NCBI GenBank assembly: GCA_963667305.2 | Contig: CAXXWG010000008.1 | Span: 165,913-229,912 of the forward strand | Source of the DNA: Aggregatilineales bacterium | GTDB lineage: Bacteria; Chloroflexota; Anaerolineae; Aggregatilineales; Phototrophicaceae | DNA: 64,000 nt | Direction of reading: 5' to 3' | Part shown: piece after piece, positions 30,107-40,036 of the stretch | Numbering within the stretch: the stretch's first letter is position 1 | Layout: every line of letters begins with the position of its first letter | Notes under the pieces: model-generated | Told to the model about the DNA's origin: nothing | Database searches by the model: none | What the model saw: the letters and a program-made list of their open reading frames with translations, nothing else | Made by a program: the position numbers and the translations under genes

Positions 30107-31557
30107 CCGGACTGGTAAAGAGCGAAAAAAATCTCACGACCGAGGAAAGTGCGCTGCGCGAAGTGCGTGGCGATTACGACAGCACCTACGGCTTTTATGA
30201 CGATGACGTGGACTACAGCTACGTCAGCGAGAAAGGGCTGGATGCCGAACGGGTGCGCCAGATCAGCGAGATGAAGGGTGAGCCGGCCTGGATGACCGAT
30301 TTCCGTCTCAAGGCCTATGAGCATTTCTGCGCGCGACCGATGCCGGACTGGGGCAACACGGCCCTGCTGAATGACATCAAATTCGAAGACATCTATTACT
30401 ACGTGCGCGCCACAGATCAAACGGAACGTGACTGGGACGACGTGCCGGAGGAGATCAAGGACACCTTTGACCGCCTCGGCATTCCGGAGGCCGAGCAGAA
30501 ATACCTGCAAGGCGTCAGCGCGCAGTACGATTCAGAGTCGGTCTACCACAACATTCGTGAAGACCTTGTGAGCAAAGGCGTCATTTTCCTCGATATGGAC
30601 AGTGCCCTGCGCGAATATCCCGAGATGGTGCGCGAGTACTTCGGGACGGTCATCCCCTGGAATGACAACAAGTTTGCGGCGCTGAATTCCGCCGTCTGGT
30701 CCGGCGGGTCCTTCATTTACGTGCCCCCGGGTGTTCACGTGGAGATGCCGCTGCAGGCCTATTTCCGCATCAATACCCGTAACATGGGACAGTTTGAGCG
30801 CACCCTGATCATTGTCGACGAGGGCGCCTGGGTGCATTATGTCGAGGGCTGCACCGCCCCTACCTACAGTTCCGACAGCCTGCACAGCGCGGTGGTGGAA
30901 ATCGTGGTCAAGGAAGGCGGTCGCTGCCGCTACACGACCATCCAGAACTGGTCCAACAACGTGTACAACCTGGTGACCAAACGCGCCCAGGCCTACCGCG
31001 ACGCGGCGATGGAGTGGGTTGACGCCAACCTGGGCAGCAAGCTGACCATGAAGTACCCGGCCGTCCTGCTTATGGAAGAAGGCGCGCATGGCGAGGTGCT
31101 TTCCATCGCCTTTGCCGGCGCCGGGCAGCATCAGGACGCCGGCGCAAAAATTACGCACCTGGCGCCCAACACCACCAGCCAGATCATCAGCAAGTCCATC
31201 AGCAAGGATGGCGGGCGCGCCAGCTATCGCGGCTTGCTCAAGGTGGTCGAGGATGCGGACAATATCAAAAGCAACGTCGTTTGCGATGCGTTGCTGCTGG
31301 ACGATGACAGCCGCTCCGATACCTGGCCCTATATTGAAATCGACTCGCGCAAGGTCACCATGGGGCACGAGGCCTCGGTCAGCAAGGTCGGTGAGGACCA
31401 GTTGTTCTATGCGATGAGCCGCGGCCTCAGCGAAGACGAGGCCAGTGCGATGATCGTCAACGGCTTCATCGAGCCGCTGGTCAAGGAATTGCCCATGGAG
31501 TATGCGCTCGAACTCAACCGGCTGGTGCAAATCCAACTGGAAGGATCCATCGGTTGA
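30103..31557 (+). CDS. sufB: Fe-S cluster assembly scaffold protein SufB
   Basis: 484 aa. Long beta-helix core with [27 protein letters not shown] and a SufB-type C-terminus. ATGA overlap with sufC. Confidence 0.93.
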   Translation: MTGLVKSEKNLTTEESALREVRGDYDSTYGFYDDDVDYSYVSEKGLDAERVRQISEMKGEPAWMTDFRLKAYEHFCARPMPDWGNTALLNDIKFEDIYYYVRATDQTERDWDDVPEEIKDTFDRLGIPEAEQKYLQGVSAQYDSESVYHNIREDLVSKGVIFLDMDSALREYPEMVREYFGTVIPWNDNKFAALNSAVWSGGSFIYVPPGVHVEMPLQAYFRINTRNMGQFERTLIIVDEGAWVHYVEGCTAPTYSSDSLHSAVVEIVVKEGGRCRYTTIQNWSNNVYNLVTKRAQAYRDAAMEWVDANLGSKLTMKYPAVLLMEEGAHGEVLSIAFAGAGQHQDAGAKITHLAPNTTSQIISKSISKDGGRASYRGLLKVVEDADNIKSNVVCDALLLDDDSRSDTWPYIEIDSRKVTMGHEASVSKVGEDQLFYAMSRGLSEDEASAMIVNGFIEPLVKELPMEYALELNRLVQIQLEGSIG

Positions 31558-31636
31558 TCGGACCCGCATTGTAGTCTGTGAGCGATCAACTCGAACAAAT
31601 TGACCTGCACGTCGGATTGAAACTTCGGGAGAGTCA

Positions 31637-32992
31637 ATGGTTGTAGTCGCCAGAAGGCGTGGTGACGCGCGCACAGGACCTGCCTGGACGCGGACGGACG
31701 TCGAATCGCTGTCCGCATCGCTTGATGAGCCGCAATGGCTGCTGGATGACCGTCTCAGGGCCTGGGAAATTGCCGCTGCAACGCCCATGCCCACACTGAA
31801 TGACGAGGAATGGCGACGCACGGACATTCGCGGCCTGCGCTGGGCCGAAGCTGGACGGTTTTCGACATCCGATGCCGGTCTGGATGCCGTGCCCGCCGTC
31901 AATCTTGAACCTCTGGTAGGCGCTGGAGAAGGCGGCTCGCTGGTGTTCGTGGACGGTCGCCTGCAGCGCAGTGAATTCGCGACGTCACTGGCTGAAAGAG
32001 GTGTCCTGTTTCAGGATTTGGGCAGTGCGGCCCGTGAACATGGCGGCCTGCTACGCAAACACCTGCTGACCCGTGCCGTACGCCCTGGTGACGGCAAGTT
32101 CGCTGCCCTGCATGCCGCCCTGTGGACTCACGGTGTGCTGCTCTACGTACCGCGCAACGTGGTGGCGGAATTGCCATTCCACGTCGTGATGTACAACACG
32201 CGGCCGGGCGTCGGTCTCGGCCACGTGCTGGTGGTGCTGGAAGAAAGCGCCCAGGCCACGCTGCAGGTCGAATATGCTTCGGCGGAGACTGATGAACAGG
32301 CGACCTGGATTGGGGCGACCGAATTGCTGCTGGAAGCCAATGCCAATCTGACCTATGTCTCGCTGCAGGACTGGAACCGCAACACCTGGGAGTTCAGCCA
32401 CCAGCGCGCGCGCGTTGGCCGCGATGCCAACCTGGACTGGGTCCTGGGCGTCACTGGCAGCCACCTTACCAAGGCCTTTCTGGAGCTCGACATCGACGGT
32501 CAGGGAGCGAACGGCAGAATGTCCGGCTTCTTCTTCGCAGACGGCCGGCAGATGCTCGATCTCGACACCCAGCAAAACCACAACGCGCCATTGACCAATT
32601 CCAACCTGCTCTTCAAGGGCGCGGCCCGCGATCACGCGCGTACGCTATGGCAGGGCATGATCAAGTCGCTGCCCGGCATGCAGCGCATCGATGGCTATCA
32701 GGTCTGCCGCAACATGTTGCTGGGCGACGAGGCCCGCATGGACGCCATTCCCGGCCTGGAAATAGAGGCTGACGATGTAAAGTGTTCGCACGCCGCGACC
32801 TTCGGCACGCTTGAGGAAGAGCCGATCTTCTACCTGATGAGCCGTGGCATTTCTCGCCCCGAGGCAGAACTCATGGTCATCAGGGGCTTTTTTGACGAGT
32901 TGCTGGAGAGAGTGCCCTTTGAGCGGGTGCGGGAGCGCCTGCAGGCCAGGGTCGAAAGCAAAATTGTGGGCAGCAACGGCACAGATCGTTGA
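31637..32992 (+). CDS. sufD: Fe-S cluster assembly protein SufD
   Basis: 451 aa. SufB/D-family C-terminal half (DTQQNHNAPLTNSNLLFKG, CSHAATFGTLEEEPIFYLMSRGI). GGGAGAG RBS. Confidence 0.88.
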   Translation: MVVVARRRGDARTGPAWTRTDVESLSASLDEPQWLLDDRLRAWEIAAATPMPTLNDEEWRRTDIRGLRWAEAGRFSTSDAGLDAVPAVNLEPLVGAGEGGSLVFVDGRLQRSEFATSLAERGVLFQDLGSAAREHGGLLRKHLLTRAVRPGDGKFAALHAALWTHGVLLYVPRNVVAELPFHVVMYNTRPGVGLGHVLVVLEESAQATLQVEYASAETDEQATWIGATELLLEANANLTYVSLQDWNRNTWEFSHQRARVGRDANLDWVLGVTGSHLTKAFLELDIDGQGANGRMSGFFFADGRQMLDLDTQQNHNAPLTNSNLLFKGAARDHARTLWQGMIKSLPGMQRIDGYQVCRNMLLGDEARMDAIPGLEIEADDVKCSHAATFGTLEEEPIFYLMSRGISRPEAELMVIRGFFDELLERVPFERVRERLQARVESKIVGSNGTDR

Positions 32993-33053
32993 GTTGCTCA
33001 TTCGCACAATTTTCAGCGCGGCACTGTTGATTCTGGCGACGGGACCGGGGTCC

Positions 33054-34484
33054 ATGGTGAAGGCACAGTTTGATGAAATGTGGCGACCACAGTTCCACTT
33101 CTCGCCGCCGGCGTGGTGGATGAATGACCCCAACGGGTTGGTCTGGTACGATGGCGAATACCATCTTTTCTATCAGCATATTCCTGAAAGCATGAACTGG
33201 GGTCCCACGTACTGGGGCCACGCTGTAAGTCCGGACCTGGTCCACTGGCAACACCTGCCTGTCGCCCTGCGCCCTGACGGCATTGGCTCCATCTGGTCGG
33301 GCGGGGCGGTTTTCGATCGCGGAAACAGCAGCGGACTGTTGCCCGAAGGCCCTTTGGTCGCCATATTCTCCTACGAAGATCAGAGTCAGGGAATCGCGTG
33401 GAGCGCTGACCGCGGCCGCAACTGGACAATGTATGGCGGCAATCCGGTCATCCCTACGCCGAACACCGACTTTCGCGACCCGAAGGTTTTCTGGTATGAA
33501 CGCGACCAGGTGTGGGTCATGGCCATCGCGAAGGGGCGTTTTGTCCAGTTTTATCGTTCGCCGGACCTGATCAACTGGGCCATGAGCGGCGAATTTGGCG
33601 GCACACATGGCAGTGTCTCCACAATTTGGGAAGTGCCCGACCTGTTTCCGCTGGAAATCGACGGTGTGGAACGCTGGGTCCTGCTGGTCAGCGCCGGCGG
33701 CGGCCCCGGGGGCCTGGGGGTGCAATACTTCATCGGCGGTTTCGACGGCCAGACATTCATCAACGAGAATTCGCCGCAAACCACACTGTGGCTGGATTGC
33801 GGCCCGGACAACTATGCCGGGACGACCTGGAATGACACGCCGGATGACGCCCGCGTGTACATCGGCTGGATGAACAACTGGTCCTACGCCGGCGACATCC
33901 CGACCTCCACCTGGCGGGGGGCGATGACCCTGCCCCGTGAGTTGCGTCTGGTCCGCGGCAACGACGGTCTTCGCCTGGCGCAGGAACCGGTGGCCTCCTT
34001 GCGCGCCCTGCGCGGCCCTGCATGGCATTTGCCGTCGCAGATGATGCGCCAGGGCGAACACCTGCTGACAGGGGTGAGCGGCAGGACGCTGGAAATCATT
34101 GCCGATATTGAAGTAGCGGATGCCGACGCCGTTGGACTGCGGGTGTTGAAGGGAGAAAATGAGGCGACCGAGCTGCGCTACAATGTGGACCGCGGCAGTC
34201 TGTTTCTGGACCGTTACGGGGCGGGCGAGGATGATTTCAATCCAAACTTTGCACTGGCCTGTGAAGCGCCCTTGCCGCTGGACGAAGGCAGGCTGAGCTT
34301 GCACGTGTTTGTGGACCACTCGTCGGTTGAAGTCTTTGCCAATGAGGGCAAGGCTGTTATCAGCGGCCGCGTGTTCCCGGACGAAAGCAGCGATGGCCTG
34401 GAGCTATTCAGCACCGGTGGTGAGGCGCGGTTGCACTCCCTGACGGTCTGGCCACTGGCGAGCATCTGGAGCCGCGACGGCTGA
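33054..34484 (+). CDS. glycoside hydrolase family 32 (beta-fructofuranosidase / levanase-like)
   Basis: GH32 catalytic motifs WMNDPNGLVWYDGEYHLFYQH, FRDPKVFW and WEVPDLF. ATG 33054 was used. An in-frame TTG at 32994 would add a hydrophobic N-terminal anchor. Confidence 0.85.
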   Translation: MVKAQFDEMWRPQFHFSPPAWWMNDPNGLVWYDGEYHLFYQHIPESMNWGPTYWGHAVSPDLVHWQHLPVALRPDGIGSIWSGGAVFDRGNSSGLLPEGPLVAIFSYEDQSQGIAWSADRGRNWTMYGGNPVIPTPNTDFRDPKVFWYERDQVWVMAIAKGRFVQFYRSPDLINWAMSGEFGGTHGSVSTIWEVPDLFPLEIDGVERWVLLVSAGGGPGGLGVQYFIGGFDGQTFINENSPQTTLWLDCGPDNYAGTTWNDTPDDARVYIGWMNNWSYAGDIPTSTWRGAMTLPRELRLVRGNDGLRLAQEPVASLRALRGPAWHLPSQMMRQGEHLLTGVSGRTLEIIADIEVADADAVGLRVLKGENEATELRYNVDRGSLFLDRYGAGEDDFNPNFALACEAPLPLDEGRLSLHVFVDHSSVEVFANEGKAVISGRVFPDESSDGLELFSTGGEARLHSLTVWPLASIWSRDG

Positions 34485-34495
34485 AGGAGAGCGCG

Positions 34496-34867
34496 ATGGA
34501 CGATCTGCAGCGCGAGATCATCCTTGACCATGCCCGCAACCCGCGCTTCCCCGGCATTCTGGTGCCGGCCGACCTTGACCATGAAGCGAGCAATCCCCTT
34601 TGTGGCGATCGCCTGCGGCTGACCATGCAACTGGATGACGAGGGAATCATTCGCGCCCTCGCCTGGGACGCCGAGGGTTGCGCCATCAGCCAGGCGAGCG
34701 CTTCAATGCTGGCAGAACGCATACTGGGGCAGCCCCTGGCCCAGGCCCGCAAGATCACCCGTGAGGAAATGCTGGACATGATCGGAATTCCGCTGGCGCT
34801 GAACCGCATCAAGTGCGGGCTGTTGCCGCTACAGGCCCTGTCCGAAGGGTCGGAAGGGTGGAGGTAA
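34496..34867 (+). CDS. sufU: SUF-system Fe-S scaffold/sulfur-transfer protein SufU (NifU N-terminal family)
   Basis: 123 aa. DHARNPRF, NPLCGDRL, GCAISQASASM and a C-terminal Cys (IKCGLLP) match SufU. GAAGGAG RBS. Confidence 0.85.
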   Translation: MDDLQREIILDHARNPRFPGILVPADLDHEASNPLCGDRLRLTMQLDDEGIIRALAWDAEGCAISQASASMLAERILGQPLAQARKITREEMLDMIGIPLALNRIKCGLLPLQALSEGSEGWR

Positions 34868-35184
34868 TGGTCTGGGTTGACGTCGCCGCTATCGACGAAC
34901 TGGCGCCTGGCGATCGCATCGTCTTTGAGGTGGCGCATCACGTCATCGCCCTTTTCAACGTGGAAGGCAAGCACTATGCCGTGGCGGATGTCTGCACGCA
35001 CGACGATGGCCCGCTTGCGGACGGTCGGCTGCTGGGCTGTGAAATCGAATGCCCGCGGCACTATGCCCGCTTTGACCTGCGTGACGGGTCGGTGACCGTG
35101 CCGCCGGCAGTCCGTCCCCTGAAGATCTATCCCGTCCGGATCGTGGGAGGCAGCGTTCAGGTGGAGGTCGAGGATGTCAACTAA
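34867..35184 (+). CDS. Rieske [2Fe-2S] ferredoxin-like protein
   Basis: Rieske ligand boxes CTHDDGPL and CPRHYARF. The ATG overlaps the sufU stop (TAATG). Confidence 0.85.
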   Translation: MVWVDVAAIDELAPGDRIVFEVAHHVIALFNVEGKHYAVADVCTHDDGPLADGRLLGCEIECPRHYARFDLRDGSVTVPPAVRPLKIYPVRIVGGSVQVEVEDVN

Positions 35185-35926
35185 TCTGGCGACCTGGCTG
35201 CGGGAGCGACCAATGGTCTACGCGCATCGCGGGTTCAGCGCCGCTGCTCCGATGAATACACTGGCCGCCTTTCAACTGGCAGCGGACGCAGGAGCGGACG
35301 GGATTGAACTCGATGTCCAGCTTTCAAGCGACGGTCACGCCGTCGTCATCCATGATTTTACGGTGGATGCAAGCACCAATGGCAGCGGCAAGGTTTCGGA
35401 AAAGAGTTTGCCGCAGTTGAAAGCGCTGGATGCCGGCTCCTGGTTCGACGGGGCCTGGCGCGGGACGGAGATACCCACGCTGTCGGAAGTGTTTGAGTCG
35501 GTAGGACGGCGTTTGCTGGTTAACGTGGAAATCAAGACCTTGCCGTACCAGGATGATGGCATAGAGGAGGTCGTTGCGAAGGACATTTGCGACGCCGGGA
35601 TGGAAGGCCGCGTCCTGGTTTCTTCCTTCAATCCCCTGGCGCTGCAACGATTCCGCGCCATCCTGCCGCACGTGCCCCAGGCCCGCCTGACCTTCAGCGG
35701 CATGCCGGCCGAACTGATCGACATATGGCAGAATGTCCCCTGCGAGGTGCTGCATCCCGCACAGGATGAAGTCGATGAAGCCTTCATGCCTGCCGCCAGG
35801 GCAGGCGGCTATCTGGTCAATACCTGGACTGTCAATGATGAAGCGCGGGCGCGTGAGTTATGGTCCCTGGGTGTCGATGGAATTGTCAGCGATCATCCGG
35901 ACCGAATCCTGGCCTGTCTAAAGTGA
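35174..35926 (+). CDS. glycerophosphodiester phosphodiesterase
   Basis: 250 aa. GDPD motifs AHRGFS, GADGIELDVQLSSDGHAVVIHD and VNVEIK. Confidence 0.88.
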   Translation: MSTNLATWLRERPMVYAHRGFSAAAPMNTLAAFQLAADAGADGIELDVQLSSDGHAVVIHDFTVDASTNGSGKVSEKSLPQLKALDAGSWFDGAWRGTEIPTLSEVFESVGRRLLVNVEIKTLPYQDDGIEEVVAKDICDAGMEGRVLVSSFNPLALQRFRAILPHVPQARLTFSGMPAELIDIWQNVPCEVLHPAQDEVDEAFMPAARAGGYLVNTWTVNDEARARELWSLGVDGIVSDHPDRILACLK

Positions 35927-35984
35927 GGCCCGCGCTTTACTGCGGCTGGAATTCGACGACGGGCGTGGTAAACTGCGCGCGCAC

Positions 35985-36057
35985 GGTGGGTGTAGCTCAA
36001 AGGTAGAGCATCGGATTGTGGTTCCGAGTGTTGTGGGTTCGAGCCCCATCACCCACC
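35985..36057 (+). tRNA. tRNA-His (anticodon GTG) with encoded G-1
   Basis: Hand-folded. G-1 plus acceptor GTGGGTG/CACCCAC, D arm GCTC..GAGC, anticodon arm TCGGA-TTGTGGT-TCCGA, T arm GTGGG-TTCGAGC-CCCAT, discriminator C. Confidence 0.92.
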
Positions 36058-36098
36058 CAGACGTCTGCTGTTGAATCTCTTGCCCCTTCAGCCGAATT

Positions 36099-37031
36099 TC
36101 ACTTCCCCGATCGCCGGCGCCGCTGCAGGCGACGCCATCCTGGATGGCCGGGCAAGAGGCTGTCCGGGCTGGCGCTGGACTCAGGCGCCGGGCGCGCAGC
36201 CGGAACTGAAATGTCCAGGGGCGGAAAGGGACGGGGGGCAGGCTTTGGTTCCGGTTGATAAATGACCGGTTCCGGCCGTTCCAGCCCGAAAACTTCCCAG
36301 ATGCTGAGTTCCATCTGGCCGGGTCGTGGCGGCCGGGGACGCGGAGTCTCAAGGTCTTCGAGAAACGTCGCAGGTTCAGATTCCACAGGTTGACGGGGCA
36401 GGGGACTGTTTTCGCTGGCCGCGACGTAGGCCGGGTTGGGCCGCGTGTCTTCCTCGCGCAGCGGGGGCTCGTCGAAAGTCAGGCCGGGCAGGAGTTCCGG
36501 CTCCACGTGTGCCCGGGAGGGATGGCGTGGCCGGTAGTTGAGGCGCGCATCGTAGGAAATCACATCACGCATCAGAGACCGCGCTTCGTACGCTCCATCT
36601 TCGCCCACTGTGCGTTTGACCGAGGACTGCAGGGCCAGCAGACTCTCGTCCATGTATTTGCGCAGTTTGCGTTTCAGGCCCAGGGCATTGCGCATTCCCC
36701 CCAGACGACCCCTGGGTTCATAATTGAAGGTCCATTGCACCGTCGTGCCTTCTGCGATTTCCTGCAGACGCAGACGGCCATGCGCGCTGCCGTCCAGGAA
36801 ACGGTATTCGTATCCAAGGCCGTCATACCAGGCGGTTACTTCCAGTTCGAATTCCTTGCCTGACAGGTTGCGGTAGCGCCAGCGCGCGCCCTTTCCGTTG
36901 CGCTGCTTGGAAAGAAAGACCACGCTCTGGCAATCGCTTTGCCACGAGGAATTCTGGTTCAGGTCGCTCAGGAATGACCAGACTGCTTCAGGTGCGGCAG
37001 CTATGAGTACAGAATGATCAAGTTGGTTCAT
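36099..37031 (-). CDS. SRPBCC (START/polyketide-cyclase-like) domain protein with Pro-rich C-terminal tail
   Basis: The N-terminal ~150 aa (HSVLIAAAPEAVWSFLSDLNQNSSW...) resemble the SRPBCC fold family. The C-terminal half is Pro/Glu/Arg-rich and low in complexity. Confidence 0.6.
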   Translation of the reverse strand: MNQLDHSVLIAAAPEAVWSFLSDLNQNSSWQSDCQSVVFLSKQRNGKGARWRYRNLSGKEFELEVTAWYDGLGYEYRFLDGSAHGRLRLQEIAEGTTVQWTFNYEPRGRLGGMRNALGLKRKLRKYMDESLLALQSSVKRTVGEDGAYEARSLMRDVISYDARLNYRPRHPSRAHVEPELLPGLTFDEPPLREEDTRPNPAYVAASENSPLPRQPVESEPATFLEDLETPRPRPPRPGQMELSIWEVFGLERPEPVIYQPEPKPAPRPFPPLDISVPAARPAPESSASPDSLLPGHPGWRRLQRRRRSGK

Positions 37032-37121
37032 GCCAACAGTATAGCGTTTCCCGTTGCCGGTTCAATGCGATGGTCTGTGCTACACTGCTCGCTCCCGAAA
37101 GGCGATGCGGGGAGCGGGCGG

Positions 37122-37391
37122 GTGCCTGGGCCGGTCTTCACATTTGGTTTTATCCTGGCGACCTTGCACGGCGCAATCTTCCACATCATCGTCGGAGGGG
37201 ACGTGCGGCGTCTGGCCCTCTTCATGCTGGCGGCCTGGGCAGGGTTTGCCCTGGGCCAATTGATGGCGATCTCGCTTGATTTGAGCGTCCTGCTGGTCGG
37301 GGAGATTCACCTTGGCCCGGCCAGTCTTTGTGCCCTGGTCGCCCTGGTTCTGGTTCACCTGCTAACGCGTTCCCATAGTCGGCCACGCTGA
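37122..37391 (+). CDS. small hydrophobic protein, unknown function
   Basis: Three predicted TM segments (FTFGFILATLHGAIFHII, LALFMLAAWAGFALGQL, LCALVALVLVHLL). GTG 37122 sits 7 nt after GGGGAG. The start is uncertain (the ORF extends to 37014). The gene could be spurious. Confidence 0.3.
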   Translation: MPGPVFTFGFILATLHGAIFHIIVGGDVRRLALFMLAAWAGFALGQLMAISLDLSVLLVGEIHLGPASLCALVALVLVHLLTRSHSRPR

Positions 37392-38978
37392 CCATTTCGG
37401 TTCCGTGCGTTTCAGCGCCGCAGCGAGGCCATCCGCGATTTCTGTCGCCAGAGGACTGCGGCTGCTGCCCGCCTTTTCCGCCGCCAGCAGCCCGGCCAGG
37501 CCTTGCAGGTAAGTTCCGGCGATCGCCGCTGCCTGCGGCGGGCATCCCTGGGCCAGCAAGGCGCCAATCGCGCCAGCCAGTACGTCGCCGCTGCCGGCAC
37601 GGGCCAGGGCGTCACTGTTGAATGGCATCACCGTGACGGGCTCATTTGGTGAAGCGACAAGCGTGAAAGCTCCCTTGAACACCAGTGTGACGTTCCAGCG
37701 TGCCGCCAGTTCCGGGGCCAGTTGCCAGCGGTTCTGCTGCACCTCGTCAAGGGTCAGGTTTGCCAGCCGCGCCAACTCACCAGGATGGGGTGTGATGATC
37801 GTGCCGGGCGGCAAGAGTTTGTGCCATTCCTGCCGTCTGGCGAGCAGGTTCAGGGCGTCCGCATCGACCAGCAGGGGCGGCAAGTCCAGTGCAAGCAAAC
37901 GTTCCAGCAGATCGCAGGATCGATCGGACAGGCCCAGGCCCGGGCCCAGCACCAGCGCGGTGTAGCCGGGCAGGGCCTCGCGCAGGGCAGCGATTGAATC
38001 CGGCAGCCAGGTGACGCCCGGTTGTTGGGCGGCCAGCGCATTGATCACGTCTTCAGGCGCGCTGACAGTGACCAGGCCGGCCCCTGTGCGTTGGGCGGCC
38101 AGAGCGCTCAAACCTGGCGCGCCACGGTAGTTTGTGCTGCCGCCTGTGATGAGCAGCTTGCCAAAGCTTCCCTTGTGGGAATCTCGCGGGCGCGGCGGGA
38201 GAAGCGACTGGACCAGCAAGGGGTCCGCCAGCACGCGGGAATTATCAGGCAAGGCAAAAGAGTCTGCCGCAACACCGGCGCTGGCATAAGACAGGCGGCC
38301 ACAGAACAGCGCACCAGGCGGGCGAAGCAAACCGGGTTTGGCGGCAATGAAGGTCAGGGTTTCATCCGCTGGCAGCGACTGTTGTGCAATGTCACCGCTG
38401 TCACAGTCAAGGCCGGAGGGGCAGTCCACGGCCAGCACAAGGGGCACGGCATGCGATTCACGCGGCTGCGGCATTTCCGGGATGCGTGGAGAAGCCTGTT
38501 GCCATGCGCGGCGCGGCGCTATGGTCTTGCCGGCGGTCTCCAGCAGCAGGGCCACATCATCCCGCAAGGGCAAGCGCAGGCCAATTCCAAGCAGGGCATC
38601 GACGACGAGGTCGGCATCGGCACAAAGCGCACGCAGTTTGTCCCGCTGCGGGTCCTCCGTGGCAAGCAGGATGGTTGCGCCGGCGCTGCGGGCGGAGGCG
38701 AGGAGGGGGTCTCCGGCACGGCCGCGCAAGAGATAACAACTGACGCGCATTCGGCCGCCTCCCGCCAAAGTCCGCGCTGCGACGAGTCCGTCGCCGCCGT
38801 TGTTGCCGGCGCCGATCAGGAGCAGGACATGCGCGCTTTCCCGTTCGGAGAGGAGTGCCCTGGCGCGGTCGGCAAGCGCCTGGCCGGCATTCTCCATCAT
38901 TTGCGAGAAACTCAGGCCAGAGGAATCAGCTTCAGCCTCGATGCGTCGCACCTGGGCAACGCTGACGATGGGAATCAT
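37362..38978 (-). CDS. nnr: bifunctional NAD(P)H-hydrate epimerase / ADP-dependent dehydratase
   Basis: YjeF_N motif LLIGAGNNGGDGLVAAR and C-terminal carbohydrate-kinase motifs GGSTNYRGAPGLSALAAQRTGAGLVTV and AGSGDVLAG. Start at ATG 38978. Confidence 0.9.
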   Translation of the reverse strand: MIPIVSVAQVRRIEAEADSSGLSFSQMMENAGQALADRARALLSERESAHVLLLIGAGNNGGDGLVAARTLAGGGRMRVSCYLLRGRAGDPLLASARSAGATILLATEDPQRDKLRALCADADLVVDALLGIGLRLPLRDDVALLLETAGKTIAPRRAWQQASPRIPEMPQPRESHAVPLVLAVDCPSGLDCDSGDIAQQSLPADETLTFIAAKPGLLRPPGALFCGRLSYASAGVAADSFALPDNSRVLADPLLVQSLLPPRPRDSHKGSFGKLLITGGSTNYRGAPGLSALAAQRTGAGLVTVSAPEDVINALAAQQPGVTWLPDSIAALREALPGYTALVLGPGLGLSDRSCDLLERLLALDLPPLLVDADALNLLARRQEWHKLLPPGTIITPHPGELARLANLTLDEVQQNRWQLAPELAARWNVTLVFKGAFTLVASPNEPVTVMPFNSDALARAGSGDVLAGAIGALLAQGCPPQAAAIAGTYLQGLAGLLAAEKAGSSRSPLATEIADGLAAALKRTEPKWSAWPTMGTR

Positions 38979-39026
38979 TGTTGGATTTCGGTGGCCGCAA
39001 ACAGGATTGCCGAACAAATGGAATGG

Positions 39027-39947
39027 TCAGGAATCGCGTTCAACAGTGGCTCGCGCAAGGTCTGCCAATTCGTCGCGGGCGGCCGAGGGCGGCAGGACTT
39101 CAAGTTCCTGAACGGCCATATTTTTGAGATACCTTGCCTGCGAGCGGGCTTCCTCAAGCGTATCGCCTTCAAGCAGGCGCTCACGAAATTCGGCGAGCGG
39201 GTCCTGACCTGGCGAGTGGGGCGTTGCCCGATTGTTGCCTGCATTGACCTGCACGGCGGCGACTCCCTTGCCCTGGGCAAGGTCGAGACCCGCCGTCTTG
39301 CCCAGTTGGTCCTCGCTGGCGGTCAGATCGAGTATGTCATCGATGATTTGAAAGGCGAGACCGATGTTGAAACCGAAACGGGCGAGCGCCTCTATCTGTT
39401 CGCCCCTGGCTTCCGCCAGTTCAGCCCCCAGGCGGGCGCTGGCACTGAACAACGCGGCGGTTTTCCGCCCGATGATCTTCATATAAGACTTGCGCGTAAA
39501 ATCTCCATCGCGCACCGCCGCCGCCTGCAGCGTTTCCCCCTCGACCAATGCCGTCGTCGCGTCAGACAGAATGATGTTCAGGTCCTTGTATGGGGCCATC
39601 AGCGAGTAGACACAGGTGAAGAGAAAATCTCCGGTTAGCAGCGCGAAGGTGCGCCCCCAGATCGAGTTGACCGAGGGACGACCGCGGCGCATGACGCCAT
39701 GGTCATTGATGTCGTCATGAACGACGCTGGCAGTGTGTACAAGTTCCACCGCCGCCGCCACCGGAATCACGCGCGCAAGATCGTTGCCGCCTGCCGCTTC
39801 GCAGGCAAGCAGCACCAGGCGAGGACGAATTCGCTTGCCGCCGGCCTGCAGGATGTGGCTGCTGGCATCGCGCAGGACGCTGACGTCGCTGTCAATCGCC
39901 TGGTACATCGCCTGTTCGACGGCTTCCAAACCCTGCGCTGTATTCAT
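39027..39947 (-). CDS. polyprenyl diphosphate synthase (trans-isoprenyl, medium/long chain)
   Basis: First Asp-rich motif VVHDDINDH...RRGRPS and second motif FQIIDDILD. ATG 39947 is preferred (GAGAG RBS). An alternative GTG lies at 39974. Confidence 0.88.
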   Translation of the reverse strand: MNTAQGLEAVEQAMYQAIDSDVSVLRDASSHILQAGGKRIRPRLVLLACEAAGGNDLARVIPVAAAVELVHTASVVHDDINDHGVMRRGRPSVNSIWGRTFALLTGDFLFTCVYSLMAPYKDLNIILSDATTALVEGETLQAAAVRDGDFTRKSYMKIIGRKTAALFSASARLGAELAEARGEQIEALARFGFNIGLAFQIIDDILDLTASEDQLGKTAGLDLAQGKGVAAVQVNAGNNRATPHSPGQDPLAEFRERLLEGDTLEEARSQARYLKNMAVQELEVLPPSAARDELADLARATVERDS

Positions 39948-40036
39948 CCTTGCTCTCTGTTTGTCCACTGTCACAGGCCAGCGCCCGGTCTTTCACTCTG
40001 CCGCAGTATCGCAAGAAAGTTCACGTAGTAGCCGAA

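Noticed and set aside
35918-36352. ORFs overlapping the tRNA genes (35918..36352 minus and 36016..36258 plus over tRNA-His; 45013..45315 minus, 45055..45297 and 45071..45265 plus over tRNA-Asp)
   Set aside because: They overlap confidently folded tRNAs and have no RBS or motifs. They are spurious.
38022-39638. 538-aa plus-strand ORF opposite nnr and the polyprenyl synthase gene (also 40301..41419 opposite dinG)
   Set aside because: It spans two well-supported minus-strand genes and their intergenic gap. The composition is low-complexity and no family is recognisable.
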